A stretch of DNA of 64,000 nucleotides from an uncultured Gammaproteobacteria bacterium (GCA_964504535.1 CAZDED010000006.1:6409-70408), one strand, 5' to 3'; positions 29,645 to 43,394 are shown, numbered from the stretch's first letter. The notes: generated from the sequence alone by a model not told the origin. A program made the numbers and translations.

Positions 29645-31201
29645 ATGCTAAAAATTGCACTTTTAATTGGGGTATATTCATACTGTGTTCTTCTTTTAGG
29701 TTTGATTGGAAAGTTGTCATACCTTCCCATACTGTTCTTAACTTCACTTTTTATCTTAGTAAGTTTTATTTCAATTGTATATAAAAATGAAAAAGTTAGT
29801 TTAGATTTTTTTACAAAACACTATTCACGGTTTGAAATTTTTCTTATTAGTCTTTTTCTCATCGCAACAGGAATTAATTTGGTTGGGGTACTTGGACCGG
29901 AATTAGCTTTTGATTCATTGTGGTACCACCTAACAATACCGAAAATATTTATTATAAATCAGAAGATATTTTACATTACCGGCAACCTTTTTTACTACTC
30001 TTTGATGCCCAAGCTGACCGAAATGCTGTATGTTCCTGCACTACTGTTATCCGGAGAAATACTGGCGAAATTCGTTCATTATTTCTTTGGCTTTCTCTCA
30101 TGCATAGTGCTTTTCAGACTGTCACGACTGTATCTAAGAAAAACACAGTCTTTGTTAGTAGTTTTGCTTTACTATACAAACCCTGTTGTTATGTGGCTTT
30201 CGACTACCGCCTTTTCTGATTTATCAAGAACCTTCTTTGAGCTATTCTCTCTTTATTATTTTGCTTTATTTACAAAAAGTAAAAATAAAACAAACCTATT
30301 AATCAGCGCAGCACTAATGGGCTTTGCAATTGCGACAAAAATTTTATCACTTGGGACTTTGTGTATTTTTATTTTGTTAATTCTCATAACTCACAGGCAA
30401 ACGATAAGAGAGAAAATATATAACGTACTCATGTATACGGGTATGGCGCTTTTCGTACCCTTACCGTGGTTTGTAATTTCATATATAAACACCGGAAATC
30501 CAATATATCCATTATTCTCGCAACTTGGCTTACGCAATTTTACAATAGACTTGTTATCCCCTGTAACTTTTTTAAAAACACTTATCGGTATTTTTGTTTT
30601 TGCTCCCGATCCGGTAACTCCTATATATATTATATTGATGCCTATTGTTTTTGTTGGTTTTTTTGGATTTTTAAAGAAATATTTATTCCTCGTAGTTTTT
30701 TGTATTTTTGCTTATTTTACCTGGTATCTAACTTCTCAATCCGGTGGATCTCGTTTTTTAGTCACTTTTATTGCAACTTTTTCACTGGTTTCCTATATCG
30801 CTCTGTTACAAACAAAAAATTCGGTTATTGCAAAATCTATGGGAGTGGTACTGCTTACTCTTATCATCACAAACACAGCATATAGAGGAATTGCCAGCAT
30901 TAAGTATGTGCCAATAGTACTAGGTGTAGAATCTAAAGAGAGGTTTCTGATGGATCATCTTAATTTTTCTTTTGGTGATTTTTATGATGAGAATGCTGAT
31001 ATTAAAAAAATAGTAGGAAGTGACATGGTTCTCATGAAAAATACCCACAACTTATATTATGTTGATTTTCCATTTACAATTGATGAATGGAATTCAAAGC
31101 ATTATCGCTATGTTTTATATCAAAGCGAGACGAGACCTGATGAAAAAAATTCACTCGTATACAGAAATATTAAAACCCATACATGGTTATATAAATTATG
31201 A
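29645..31201 (+). CDS. Polytopic GT-C-like membrane glycosyltransferase
   Basis: FDSLWYHLTIP, PKLTE, AFSD, LPWF..TGNPIYP; paralogue of 26312..28138. Confidence 0.65.
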   Translation: MLKIALLIGVYSYCVLLLGLIGKLSYLPILFLTSLFILVSFISIVYKNEKVSLDFFTKHYSRFEIFLISLFLIATGINLVGVLGPELAFDSLWYHLTIPKIFIINQKIFYITGNLFYYSLMPKLTEMLYVPALLLSGEILAKFVHYFFGFLSCIVLFRLSRLYLRKTQSLLVVLLYYTNPVVMWLSTTAFSDLSRTFFELFSLYYFALFTKSKNKTNLLISAALMGFAIATKILSLGTLCIFILLILITHRQTIREKIYNVLMYTGMALFVPLPWFVISYINTGNPIYPLFSQLGLRNFTIDLLSPVTFLKTLIGIFVFAPDPVTPIYIILMPIVFVGFFGFLKKYLFLVVFCIFAYFTWYLTSQSGGSRFLVTFIATFSLVSYIALLQTKNSVIAKSMGVVLLTLIITNTAYRGIASIKYVPIVLGVESKERFLMDHLNFSFGDFYDENADIKKIVGSDMVLMKNTHNLYYVDFPFTIDEWNSKHYRYVLYQSETRPDEKNSLVYRNIKTHTWLYKL

Positions 31202-32391
31202 TTGAAAAAATTATCCAAAAGTTACTGTTTTTAGTTGTATTAATTTTTCCATTAGGACTTCTTTTAAGAATAAAATTGTACGCAAATGTTTATGTCGTTC
31301 CTCAAGATATTGTTGTAGGTGTTACTGCTGTAATTACTTTGTATTATTACCTAAAAAGAAAAAGATTTCCGAAAAAAAATTTTTTCAAATTTCAGCTACT
31401 TTTTGTTTTTATTGGATTTGTAAGTCTAATTATTAATTTCTCTGTTCATTCTGATGTTAAATTTATCCAATCTTTTCTGTATTCTTTGCGCTATTTATCT
31501 TATTTGTTATTAATTATTGCTCCGATTACAAGCTTATCGGCAAGGAGAATGAAGACCTTATTGTTGTTATCCGGAACACTCATTATAGTTATTGGATTCT
31601 GGCAATTTTTCTTTTACTATGATCTCTTTAAACTATTTTATTTGGGATGGGACAACCATTTATATAGAATGTTCTCGACATTTCTTGACCCTAATTTTGC
31701 CGGAGTATTCTTTGTTGTATTTCTTTTTTACATAGTTTGGCGAATAGTAAACAATAGATTTGAGTATGTTTATAAAGAAATAATTATAGCATTTTGTACT
31801 TTTATAGCGATATACCTAACCTTTTCCAGAACAGCCCTTGTAGCACTTCTAGCAGGTATTATAAGCTTTGCCATTTTGAAGAAGAAAATGAAAGAAGTCC
31901 TTCTTGTAATTGTCTTATTAACAGCTTTTTTATTTCTCATATCAGATACCCACGTGGAGGGACTTAATCCACTGAGAACTGCTTCTTCAAGTAAGCGTAT
32001 AGATTCAGTAAAAGAATCCCTAGATATTATTTCGAAAAATCCAATCGTTGGTGTTGGATTTAATGCGTTCAGGTATGCACAGTTGCGTTATGGGTATCGG
32101 AATGAGAAAGGAGCATCATGGAGTAATGCGGATGCAGGAACCGACAACAGCTTTCTTTTTGCTATGTCTACAACGGGTGTAGTTGGAATAACTATCTACT
32201 TAATTTCTTTTTACTACCTCGGGAAAGATATAATTTCGAAACAAAAAAAAATTCGAACTTTCTTAATACCCATCATGATAGCAATTTGTGTCGCAAGTTT
32301 CTTTACAAATATACTTTTTTATACTCCAATCCTTACTTTTTGGTTTTTATCAATGAGAGTGATGGGTGTGGGATCTAAGGTTGATAGGTAA
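31198..32391 (+). CDS. O-antigen ligase/Wzy_C family membrane protein
   Basis: RMFSTFLDPNFAG, LTFSRTA, NPIVGVGF, DNSFL...TTGVVG. Confidence 0.85.
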   Translation: MIEKIIQKLLFLVVLIFPLGLLLRIKLYANVYVVPQDIVVGVTAVITLYYYLKRKRFPKKNFFKFQLLFVFIGFVSLIINFSVHSDVKFIQSFLYSLRYLSYLLLIIAPITSLSARRMKTLLLLSGTLIIVIGFWQFFFYYDLFKLFYLGWDNHLYRMFSTFLDPNFAGVFFVVFLFYIVWRIVNNRFEYVYKEIIIAFCTFIAIYLTFSRTALVALLAGIISFAILKKKMKEVLLVIVLLTAFLFLISDTHVEGLNPLRTASSSKRIDSVKESLDIISKNPIVGVGFNAFRYAQLRYGYRNEKGASWSNADAGTDNSFLFAMSTTGVVGITIYLISFYYLGKDIISKQKKIRTFLIPIMIAICVASFFTNILFYTPILTFWFLSMRVMGVGSKVDR

Positions 32392-33106
32392 CCTTTAACT
32401 GCTTCTGTGTTTTAGCACCTGCTGGATTTTGAGCCTCAACAGTTACTTGGTTCTCACCATCGTTTAACTGAAGTTGATAAGAGAATTTGCCAGAAGTATC
32501 GACGATTGCCCTGAACGAATTTACTGATACCGTGTTGTCTGGGTCCGTGGATCCAGTGACGGTTATGTTCTTGTCAGCTTTTGTATATGTTCCTCCATCA
32601 TTTGGGAAAGAAACCTCAAGCTTTGGTTTGTCATTTAAATAGTTAACAACATAATCCTGAGTGAACGAGCTTGTTTTATCTCCCTTAACAAAACGGGCTT
32701 TTACGGTGTTAGTTCCTTTTTTCAATGGAAGGCCATTGATCTGGAAATCTGCCTTACTATGAATAACTATTTCATCTTCAAGTTCGTCATTTACATACAG
32801 CTCAACCGTCCCACTCTTGTCTGGTGCTACGCCGCTAAATGATATCGTTGCACTTTGAGTCGCCTCAGCTACTCCAATGAGGGTAGGGGGTTGGAGTAAT
32901 TCTTGCCCAACGACCTGCGTGTCGCTTTTGTCTCCTCCTCGCAAGGTGTATACAACATTCCCAAAAATATTAATCAGAATTGGTCCAAACTGAACTAAAA
33001 TCACCAAAAGTACAACAATGCCTATCGTGAACAATAGGGCTTGTCTTTTATTCTGCTTTTCATTAGTCCTAGAAAGCCTGGAAGTTCTTATACGTCTTCG
33101 GATCAT
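32375..33106 (-). CDS. Membrane-anchored protein with Ig-like beta-sandwich domains
   Basis: Basic N-terminus, one TM, two beta-rich repeats (LKKGTNTVKAR; LNDGENQVTVEAQNPAG). Confidence 0.7.
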   Translation of the reverse strand: MIRRRIRTSRLSRTNEKQNKRQALLFTIGIVVLLVILVQFGPILINIFGNVVYTLRGGDKSDTQVVGQELLQPPTLIGVAEATQSATISFSGVAPDKSGTVELYVNDELEDEIVIHSKADFQINGLPLKKGTNTVKARFVKGDKTSSFTQDYVVNYLNDKPKLEVSFPNDGGTYTKADKNITVTGSTDPDNTVSVNSFRAIVDTSGKFSYQLQLNDGENQVTVEAQNPAGAKTQKQLKVTYQP

Positions 33107-33112
33107 AATGGA

Positions 33113-33517
33113 TTAGTGGTGTTTCATTTTGTCAGCAATTTTTAATTCGAGCAAAGACTTTTGTAGTTGTCGTTCTGCCATTATTAAGTCTGCTGTCCCT
33201 TGCTTATTTGCTATAAATTCTTCGGCTTGCTTCTTTGCCTCTACGGCTCGTGCAATTTGTATATTTTCCGCTTTTACTGCATAATCCGAGAGAATTGTGA
33301 CTACATCATTTTTTACCTCTAAAAAACCACCAACAATTGCAATAACAGTGTTTTTGCCCCCTTTAATAATTGTTATAGTTCCTTCTGTTAATTTTGAAAA
33401 TAACGGTATATGGTGAGGAAGTATAGCAATTTCACCTTTATCTGTTGGAAGCAAAGCCTCATCTACAGATTCATTGAACACTTCACCTAATGGTGACAAA
33501 ATTTGGAGTTGAAACAT
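33113..33517 (-). CDS. atpC: ATP synthase F1 epsilon subunit
   Basis: LQILSPLG, GEIAILPHHIP, GGFLEV; operon position. Confidence 0.93.
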   Translation of the reverse strand: MFQLQILSPLGEVFNESVDEALLPTDKGEIAILPHHIPLFSKLTEGTITIIKGGKNTVIAIVGGFLEVKNDVVTILSDYAVKAENIQIARAVEAKKQAEEFIANKQGTADLIMAERQLQKSLLELKIADKMKHH

Positions 33518-33580
33518 AAGAATTAAACTGGTTTCTAACCTGTTCAACGAACCTTCATTATTTGCGATAAAGCAAGTTCG

Positions 33581-35811
<2,231 letters not shown>

Positions 35812-35815
35812 AATT

Positions 35816-37330
35816 TTACTTAACTGTCTTTTTAAAACTGGTTACAACGGTTTTGAGTTCTTCGATGGTTTTGTCATCCATCTTTTCACCGTTCTCAAGT
35901 TTTTTGAGAAGTCCTTTATTTTTTACCCTAATAAAGTCAATTATTCTCTGTTCAAACATACCAATCTGGTCAACAGGGAAATCATCCAGTAGGCCGGTTG
36001 CAGCTGAATAAATGCTAACAACTTGTTCAAATTCTGAAAGAGGAGAGTATTGTGGTTGCTTGAGTATTTCAGCAACTCTTTTACCACGCTCTATTTTTTT
36101 GAGTGTTTCTTCATCTAAATCGCTTCCAAATTGGGCAAATGCAGCAAGTTCCCTGTACTGTGCGCTTTCAAGACGAAGGGGGCCAGCAATTTGTTTCATG
36201 ATTTTTGTTTGTGCGGCGCCACCAACACGTGAAACTGACTGACCGGTGTTTATAGCCGGTCTTACACCTTGATTGAAAAGATCATTCTCAAGATATATTT
36301 GCCCATCAGTAATAGAGATGACATTCGTGGGGATGTATGCCGAGTTATCTGCTGCTTGTGTCTCAATAATGGGGAGAGCAGTAAGTGATCCTCCACCTAA
36401 TTTGTCAGACATTCGTGAGGATCGTTCCAGAATTCTTGAATGGAGGTAAAAAATATCTCCTGGATATGCTTCACGCCCAGCTGGGCGCTTAAGTAAAAGA
36501 GAGATCTGTCTATATGCCCATGCATGTTTTGAGAAATCGTCAAATACTACGAGAACATCTTCTCCACGATCCATAAAATATTCTCCAATTGCAGTTGCTG
36601 CAAAGGGTGCTAGGTACTGAAGTGCTGCAGAATCAGATGAGGATGCGGCAACAACGATTGTATATTCCATTGCTCCCTCTTCCTCAAGTTTTCCGATTAT
36701 GCGGGCGATATTGCTTCTTTTTTGGCCAATAGCGCAATAAATACATATTACTTTCTTAAGACCGAGATCCTTTTTCTTTTGGTTTATAATAGTGTCAATT
36801 GCTATTGCTGTTTTTCCGGTATTTCTGTCACCAATAATAAGTTCCCGTTGACCGCGTCCAATAGGGGTCATTGCATCAATAGCTTTTATTCCTGTTTTTA
36901 AAGGCGTGTCCACCGATTGTCTTTCGATAACTCCGGGGGCGATTTTTTCCAATGGGTAGAGTGGTCCCTTTAAAGCTAGTCTTTTACCGTCAAGAGGATT
37001 TTGTAATGGATCTACGACGCGCCCAATAAGCTCATCACTTCCCGTAATGCCTAAAATTCTACCAGTTGTTTTGATATTGTCTCCCTCCTGGATGTCCAAA
37101 CTTTCTGTTAGAAGTATTATTGAGGTGAGGTCCTCATTTAAATTGAAGGAGAGTCCACGTGCTCCATTTTTGAATTCTACTTCCTCACCAAATCCTACCC
37201 TGGAGAGTCCTGATGCTTGGATAATACCATCACCAACGCTTTGTACGACTCCCACATTTTCCATCTTAGGATTGAGATGTACTGTGGCAAGTCTCTTTTC
37301 AATTTGTTTTAGCAAATCTTCTTGTTTCAT
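35816..37330 (-). CDS. atpA: ATP synthase F1 alpha subunit
   Basis: [28 protein letters not shown]. Confidence 0.99.
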   Translation of the reverse strand: MKQEDLLKQIEKRLATVHLNPKMENVGVVQSVGDGIIQASGLSRVGFGEEVEFKNGARGLSFNLNEDLTSIILLTESLDIQEGDNIKTTGRILGITGSDELIGRVVDPLQNPLDGKRLALKGPLYPLEKIAPGVIERQSVDTPLKTGIKAIDAMTPIGRGQRELIIGDRNTGKTAIAIDTIINQKKKDLGLKKVICIYCAIGQKRSNIARIIGKLEEEGAMEYTIVVAASSSDSAALQYLAPFAATAIGEYFMDRGEDVLVVFDDFSKHAWAYRQISLLLKRPAGREAYPGDIFYLHSRILERSSRMSDKLGGGSLTALPIIETQAADNSAYIPTNVISITDGQIYLENDLFNQGVRPAINTGQSVSRVGGAAQTKIMKQIAGPLRLESAQYRELAAFAQFGSDLDEETLKKIERGKRVAEILKQPQYSPLSEFEQVVSIYSAATGLLDDFPVDQIGMFEQRIIDFIRVKNKGLLKKLENGEKMDDKTIEELKTVVTSFKKTVK

Positions 37331-37331
37331 A

Positions 37332-37685
37332 TTAATCTTTTAGAGTATCGATTGTATCATTTATATATTTTTTAAATGTAAAATCGACTATATTGTCATT
37401 TTGTCTAATTTTCAACCCCGCACCTAACGTTGGGTCAATTACTAGCATAATATCCTTTTTTTTATACAAATTTTTAAGTGATTTCATGTTGTTTTCGGAA
37501 AGATTCTCTGGACTATATACAAAAATCCTTTTTTTGTCTAGCTCAATTTTATAGAAACGCATAAACATCTTGAGATCCTTCTTGCTAAAGTAATTTATTA
37601 CGTATGTTGAAACATCTTCAGGTATTGAACTGCTTTGAGTAGCAAAAATTGCCAATTGTTTTATTTTTTTTTCCTTATTATTCAT
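37332..37685 (-). CDS. atpH: ATP synthase delta subunit (short form)
   Basis: Lies between atpF and atpA; C-terminal [19 protein letters not shown] resembles the OSCP C-terminus. Confidence 0.75.
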   Translation of the reverse strand: MNNKEKKIKQLAIFATQSSSIPEDVSTYVINYFSKKDLKMFMRFYKIELDKKRIFVYSPENLSENNMKSLKNLYKKKDIMLVIDPTLGAGLKIRQNDNIVDFTFKKYINDTIDTLKD

Positions 37686-38181
37686 GGTTCTTTATTTTTG
37701 TTAGACTTTTTTTGATAAGTGTTTCTTGCTCTTTCCTATCAAAAAGATTTTCAATTGTTGAGGATAAAATTTGTCTTGATAACTCAAGTGACATATTTTT
37801 TGCTTCCTTCGTAAAGTTCTCTTTTTCAAGTTCAATTTGAGCTTTTGTCGCTTCCATCATTGATGCTATCTCATTCTTTGTCTCTTCAAGCATTAACTCT
37901 CTACTTGATGCTGCTTGATTCTTTGCCTCATTTATTATCCGTTCGGCTTCTTTACCTGCCTTACTTAATATTTCGTCTTTTTTTGATTCAGCTTCTTCTA
38001 GAGCTTTTTGTGCTTTTTCTGCATCCAATAGCCCTTTTTTTATTGTGGTTTTTCTTTTGTTTAAAACTGCCAGTAACGGCTTGTAAAGAAACCTTTTGAA
38101 TACAAAAGCAATCACCAAAAAATTAACTATTTGCGCAGCAAATAATTTTAGATCAAATCCAAATTGATTAAGAATTTCCAT
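37678..38181 (-). CDS. atpF: ATP synthase Fo b subunit
   Basis: QIVNFLVI..FLYKPL..L.KR followed by coiled coil. Confidence 0.95.
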   Translation of the reverse strand: MEILNQFGFDLKLFAAQIVNFLVIAFVFKRFLYKPLLAVLNKRKTTIKKGLLDAEKAQKALEEAESKKDEILSKAGKEAERIINEAKNQAASSRELMLEETKNEIASMMEATKAQIELEKENFTKEAKNMSLELSRQILSSTIENLFDRKEQETLIKKSLTKIKNHE

Positions 38182-38212
38182 AATTTAAAACTCTTCAACA
38201 AAATGGCATTTA

Positions 38213-39185
<973 letters not shown>

Positions 39186-39196
39186 TAAGGAATGTT

Positions 39197-39225
39197 ATTG
39201 TACCTAACCTCAAAATCTAAGTCAA
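39197..39225 (-). promoter_or_regulatory. Sigma70-type promoter of the atp operon
   Basis: TTGACT (39225-39220), 17 bp, TACAAT (39202-39197), 11 nt before the atpB ATG. Confidence 0.7.
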
Positions 39226-39243
39226 TGCCTATATGTATTGACA

Positions 39244-42200
39244 TTAGTTAAGGATTCGTACTCCCTCAACAATTATGACGGGGAGTTCTTCTTTAAAATC
39301 TAGTTTGCCTTCCATAATAACAATAGCATCCTTCACTAAATATGACTTTGATTTCTCAAATATCTTTGGAAAAACTACACACTCAATGCTTACTCCTAAA
39401 TGATCCTCCAATGAGACAAAAGCCATTTCTTCATTCGATCTTTTTGTAAAAATCTTTTTGATAGAAGATATAAGACCGCCAATTTTAATTCTTGCTCCAT
39501 TATTTACTTCAGGCAGATCAGAAATTTTATGCGTCGCAAATGTAAGAAGGGTATTAAGTTTGTAATTGAGTGGGTGATCAGATAGGAAAAAACCCAATAA
39601 TTCACGTTCAAACATCAATTTTTCGCTATCGGTGAAATCTTCAATATCCTGTATGGAGCCGTCTATCAGTGGTTCTGATGTCTCTGATGGGAGGTCAGCA
39701 AATAGACTTACTTGATTGACTGGTTTTTTGACCGGTTTTTTCGTTATGGATGAAACAATATTTGTGATAGAAAACAACATTGAAGCTCTTTTTCCGAATT
39801 CGTCAAATACTCCTGCTTTGATAAGACTTTCGAGTGTTTTTTTATTTACTTTTGAGAGATCAACCCGAGAGCAGAAATTGCCAAGATCTTTAAATTCTCC
39901 ATTCCTGCGTGCCTCAAGAACAGTTGTTATTGCTGCCGTGCCAACATTTTTTACTGCTGAAAGCCCAAATCTCACTTTATTTTCCTCGATGGAAAAGTCT
40001 TGAAGGGACTTGTTGACATTGGGACCCAGTACATCAATTTTTAGTCTTTTACACTCAGCAACTGCTACCGAAATTTTCTCATTTTTTTGAGGACCGGTTG
40101 AGCCCCGCGACTCTGCTGTCAGAAGAGCGGTCATAAATTCTACCGGGTAATGTGCTTTAAGATAGGCGGTTCTGAATGCTATTGTTGCATAGCATGAGGC
40201 GTGTGCCTTATTAAATCCATATCCTGCAAACGGAGCTATAAGCTCAAATATTTCCTCTGCTTTATTTTGAGTTAGACCATTTTTAACTGCTCCGGCAAGA
40301 AAAATCTCTTTCTGTTTTTTCATTTCTGCAGGAATTTTCTTACCCATTGCTTTGCGGAATTTATCAGCATCAAGCCACGTATATCCGGCAAGCGCAATTG
40401 TAGTTAGAAGCACATCATCTTGAAATGTTAAGATTCCATAGGAGTTTGCTAAGATCTGCTCAAGTCTCGGATCTGGAAATGAAATTTTTGATGGGTCGTG
40501 CTTTCGTGCTATAAAGTCCGGAATATTTTGCATAGGTCCTGGTCTATAGAGTGCAACCATAGCCATAACATCAAATATGGTGGTTGGTTTTAGTTCTTTT
40601 ATGTACCGTCTCATGCCCGCAGACTCAAGTTGAAATATTCCCGTTGTTTCCCCACTTGCTAGGAGTTTATACGTAGGAGGGTCGTCGTATGAAATCTTTT
40701 GGAAATCTATTTCTTTATTTTGATTTTCTTTAATAAATCGAAGGGCTTCTTGGATAATGGTAAGGTTGCGAAGTCCCAAAAAGTCCATTTTTAGTAAGCC
40801 AACCCCATCTTCACCGACCGTATACATATCGTATTGGGTTACGATCTTGTCACCATTCGTTTCTTTCTGAAGTGGTACATATTCGGTAAGATCTTTATCT
40901 GCGATAACTACTCCAGCCGCATGAACGGATGCATGGCGAGCAACACCATTCAATTTTTTTGCTATGTCCAAAAGACGTTTTGTTTCTGGTTCTGTGTTAT
41001 ATGCATTCTTAAGATCTGGACTTTGGGTAAGTGCCAGATCAATTGTCATGTGATGGCCTTGCCAACCGGGAGGAATCATTTTTGAAATTCTGTCTGGTTG
41101 AGCATATGGCATGCCGAGAGCACGGCCTGCATCACGAACACTTCCACGAGCCTCCATCGTACCAAACGTTATTATTTGGGCGACTTTATCATGTCCATAC
41201 TTTTCAGTTACATATTGTATTACCTCGTCGCGCCTTGTATCTGCAAAATCAAGATCGATATCAGGTGCTGAAGGTCTTTCAGGATTTAGGAATCTTTCGA
41301 AAGGCAATTTGAAATAAAATGGGTCAACATCAGTAATTCTTAGTATGTAGGAGACGACAGATCCTGCCGCTGATCCTCTTCCCGGGCCAACACTGATTCC
41401 ATGATCCTTTGCCCAGTTAACAAAATCTGCAACTGTCAAAAAGTATGTTTCATACCCTTTTTTGAGTATCACATCAATTTCATAATTGATTCTTTCTCGT
41501 ATTTCAGGTGTTACTTCCGGATATCGTTGGGGTAAGCGTTCTTCGATAAGGGCATTAAAATATTCTGCAGTTGTCATGCCCTTTGGAACATCGTATTGTG
41601 GCATGATCCATTTTCCGAGTGTCAGTTCGAGATTGCACATATCAGCAATTTTTACCGAATTTGTGATGGCTTCAGGGACGTCCTTAAATGCTTCGCTCAT
41701 TTCGTCGGCAGATTTGATATAGAAATCCGGAGAATCGATCATAGAGAGTTTGCGTCCTTCATCAAGCATGGTTGTTTGGGTTCCTATACAAAGTAGTAGC
41801 TCCTGGGCTGCAGCATCATCTTTTTCTATATAATGATTATCATTCGTAGCAATTAGCCCAACGCCAAATTCTTTTGAAAGAGCTATCAGTTTTTCGTTCA
41901 GTTCTGCTTGGGGTGGAACATGAATATGTCTTTGAATTTCAAGAAATAAATTTTCCTTGCCGTATATGTCGATGAGTGTTTCTAGTCTTTTTCTGCCTTC
42001 TGCCTCTTTTCCTTCGAGTAACGGTTCACCTACATATCCGTTGACGCATGCAGTCAGACAAATTAGTCCTTCACTGTATTTTTTAAGTAATGCAACATCA
42101 GTTCTTGGTTTGTAATAAAAACCTTCTAAGTGTGAGATTGTTATAATTTTAAGAAGGTTTTTGTAGCCTGCAAGATCTTTTGCCAAAAGTATGAGGTGGT

Positions 42201-42459
42201 TGTAGTCTTTATCAACACCGGCTTCTTTATCATGAAGGCTTCTTTTAGCGACGTAAATTTCGCAGCCGATAATTGGCTTTATTTCTTCAGAAAGACACTT
42301 TTTATAAAATTTAATCGCTCCATAAAGATTTCCATGATCCGTTATTGCTATCGCTTTCATTCCTTGCTTTTTAGCGTACTCAACCATGGGATCAATTCTT
42401 GACAAACCGTCAAGCAATGAATATTCGCTATGATTATGAAGATGAACATATTCCTTCAT
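39244..42459 (-). CDS. dnaE: DNA polymerase III alpha subunit
   Basis: HLHNHSEYSLLDG PHP, GRGSAAGS, PDIDLDF, KMDFLGL, YGFNKAH, OB fold; no intein seen. Confidence 0.98.
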   Translation of the reverse strand: MKEYVHLHNHSEYSLLDGLSRIDPMVEYAKKQGMKAIAITDHGNLYGAIKFYKKCLSEEIKPIIGCEIYVAKRSLHDKEAGVDKDYNHLILLAKDLAGYKNLLKIITISHLEGFYYKPRTDVALLKKYSEGLICLTACVNGYVGEPLLEGKEAEGRKRLETLIDIYGKENLFLEIQRHIHVPPQAELNEKLIALSKEFGVGLIATNDNHYIEKDDAAAQELLLCIGTQTTMLDEGRKLSMIDSPDFYIKSADEMSEAFKDVPEAITNSVKIADMCNLELTLGKWIMPQYDVPKGMTTAEYFNALIEERLPQRYPEVTPEIRERINYEIDVILKKGYETYFLTVADFVNWAKDHGISVGPGRGSAAGSVVSYILRITDVDPFYFKLPFERFLNPERPSAPDIDLDFADTRRDEVIQYVTEKYGHDKVAQIITFGTMEARGSVRDAGRALGMPYAQPDRISKMIPPGWQGHHMTIDLALTQSPDLKNAYNTEPETKRLLDIAKKLNGVARHASVHAAGVVIADKDLTEYVPLQKETNGDKIVTQYDMYTVGEDGVGLLKMDFLGLRNLTIIQEALRFIKENQNKEIDFQKISYDDPPTYKLLASGETTGIFQLESAGMRRYIKELKPTTIFDVMAMVALYRPGPMQNIPDFIARKHDPSKISFPDPRLEQILANSYGILTFQDDVLLTTIALAGYTWLDADKFRKAMGKKIPAEMKKQKEIFLAGAVKNGLTQNKAEEIFELIAPFAGYGFNKAHASCYATIAFRTAYLKAHYPVEFMTALLTAESRGSTGPQKNEKISVAVAECKRLKIDVLGPNVNKSLQDFSIEENKVRFGLSAVKNVGTAAITTVLEARRNGEFKDLGNFCSRVDLSKVNKKTLESLIKAGVFDEFGKRASMLFSITNIVSSITKKPVKKPVNQVSLFADLPSETSEPLIDGSIQDIEDFTDSEKLMFERELLGFFLSDHPLNYKLNTLLTFATHKISDLPEVNNGARIKIGGLISSIKKIFTKRSNEEMAFVSLEDHLGVSIECVVFPKIFEKSKSYLVKDAIVIMEGKLDFKEELPVIIVEGVRILN

Positions 42460-42463
42460 ATAT

Positions 42464-43390
42464 TTAACCTGGGATTTTCAAATCTGCGTATAATAGTTCG
42501 TTTCTCGTGGAAAATGAGGCTATTGCACGATCTCGTCCAGTATTTTTAGCTCTTAAAACGGCACTACTAGCGCGTTCTTTCAGAATTTCTGGATCATCAC
42601 CTATCTGATAACGTGAAAGTCCAAAGCTGAGGCTTATTTTTCGTGGGGGAACAACTTCCGGAGTATCACTTAGATGATCTCCTGGTTTTGCTTCACGCAA
42701 TAAATTTTCGGAAAGATCTTTAAAAGTAGTTGAATATCTTTCTAAGATAGTTCTAAGTTTGGCTTCATCAGAAGCATCCTCGTCTCCACTTTCTATTTCG
42801 TTTAGGTCAACTATGAGAGCGAATTCTTCTCCACCAACCCGCGCTAATTCTTCCTGGTCTTTCTTAACCATTGCTATTAATTTTATAACTTTGTCACCAA
42901 TTTGGTGTCCATAGGCTGAATTAACGTCTTTAAATTTATCAAGATCCATATATACTAACCACAATTTCGAATTACTCGTATTATTTTTAGGTTCTGCAAT
43001 CTTATTTTTTAGTTCTTGTTCAAACCAAACTTTATTCCTAAGTCCGGTTAGACCGTCTCTTGTTAATTTTTCTTCAAGAGTCTTTAGTGCCTTTTCTTTT
43101 GCGTTCGCACTTTCTGCTGCTTGACGCGATCTTTCAGCCAAATGCTGCTGTGTTGCAACAAGACTCTTTCTAGCATCATCTTGAGAGATTTGTTCTTTTT
43201 TTAACTTTGTTAGTAAGACATCTGTGCTAGTTTGCCTATCTATATCTTCCATTGCGTTTTTTACTAGTTCCAGGTGAGGTTTTTCTTCCTGCGCTGGTGA
43301 CTTAAATCTACCAAGAAATGTGTCAATTTTCGCAGCGTCTTTTGAGGGAGTAAAAGGATTCTCTTCTTTAGTGCTATCAACATCTGACAT
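42464..43390 (-). CDS. Diguanylate cyclase (GGDEF domain) with N-terminal coiled coil
   Basis: RDGLTGLRN, MDLDKFKDVNSAYGHQIGD, ARVGGEEF, SLSFG, AKNTGRD. Confidence 0.9.
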   Translation of the reverse strand: MSDVDSTKEENPFTPSKDAAKIDTFLGRFKSPAQEEKPHLELVKNAMEDIDRQTSTDVLLTKLKKEQISQDDARKSLVATQQHLAERSRQAAESANAKEKALKTLEEKLTRDGLTGLRNKVWFEQELKNKIAEPKNNTSNSKLWLVYMDLDKFKDVNSAYGHQIGDKVIKLIAMVKKDQEELARVGGEEFALIVDLNEIESGDEDASDEAKLRTILERYSTTFKDLSENLLREAKPGDHLSDTPEVVPPRKISLSFGLSRYQIGDDPEILKERASSAVLRAKNTGRDRAIASFSTRNELLYADLKIPG

Positions 43391-43394
43391 GCAA

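Noticed and set aside
36221-36236. parS-like half site (cacgtgaaac) in atpA
   Set aside because: Only one arm matches and it encodes the conserved SVSRVG motif.
39244-42459. Intein or split in dnaE
   Set aside because: Normal length with continuous motifs.
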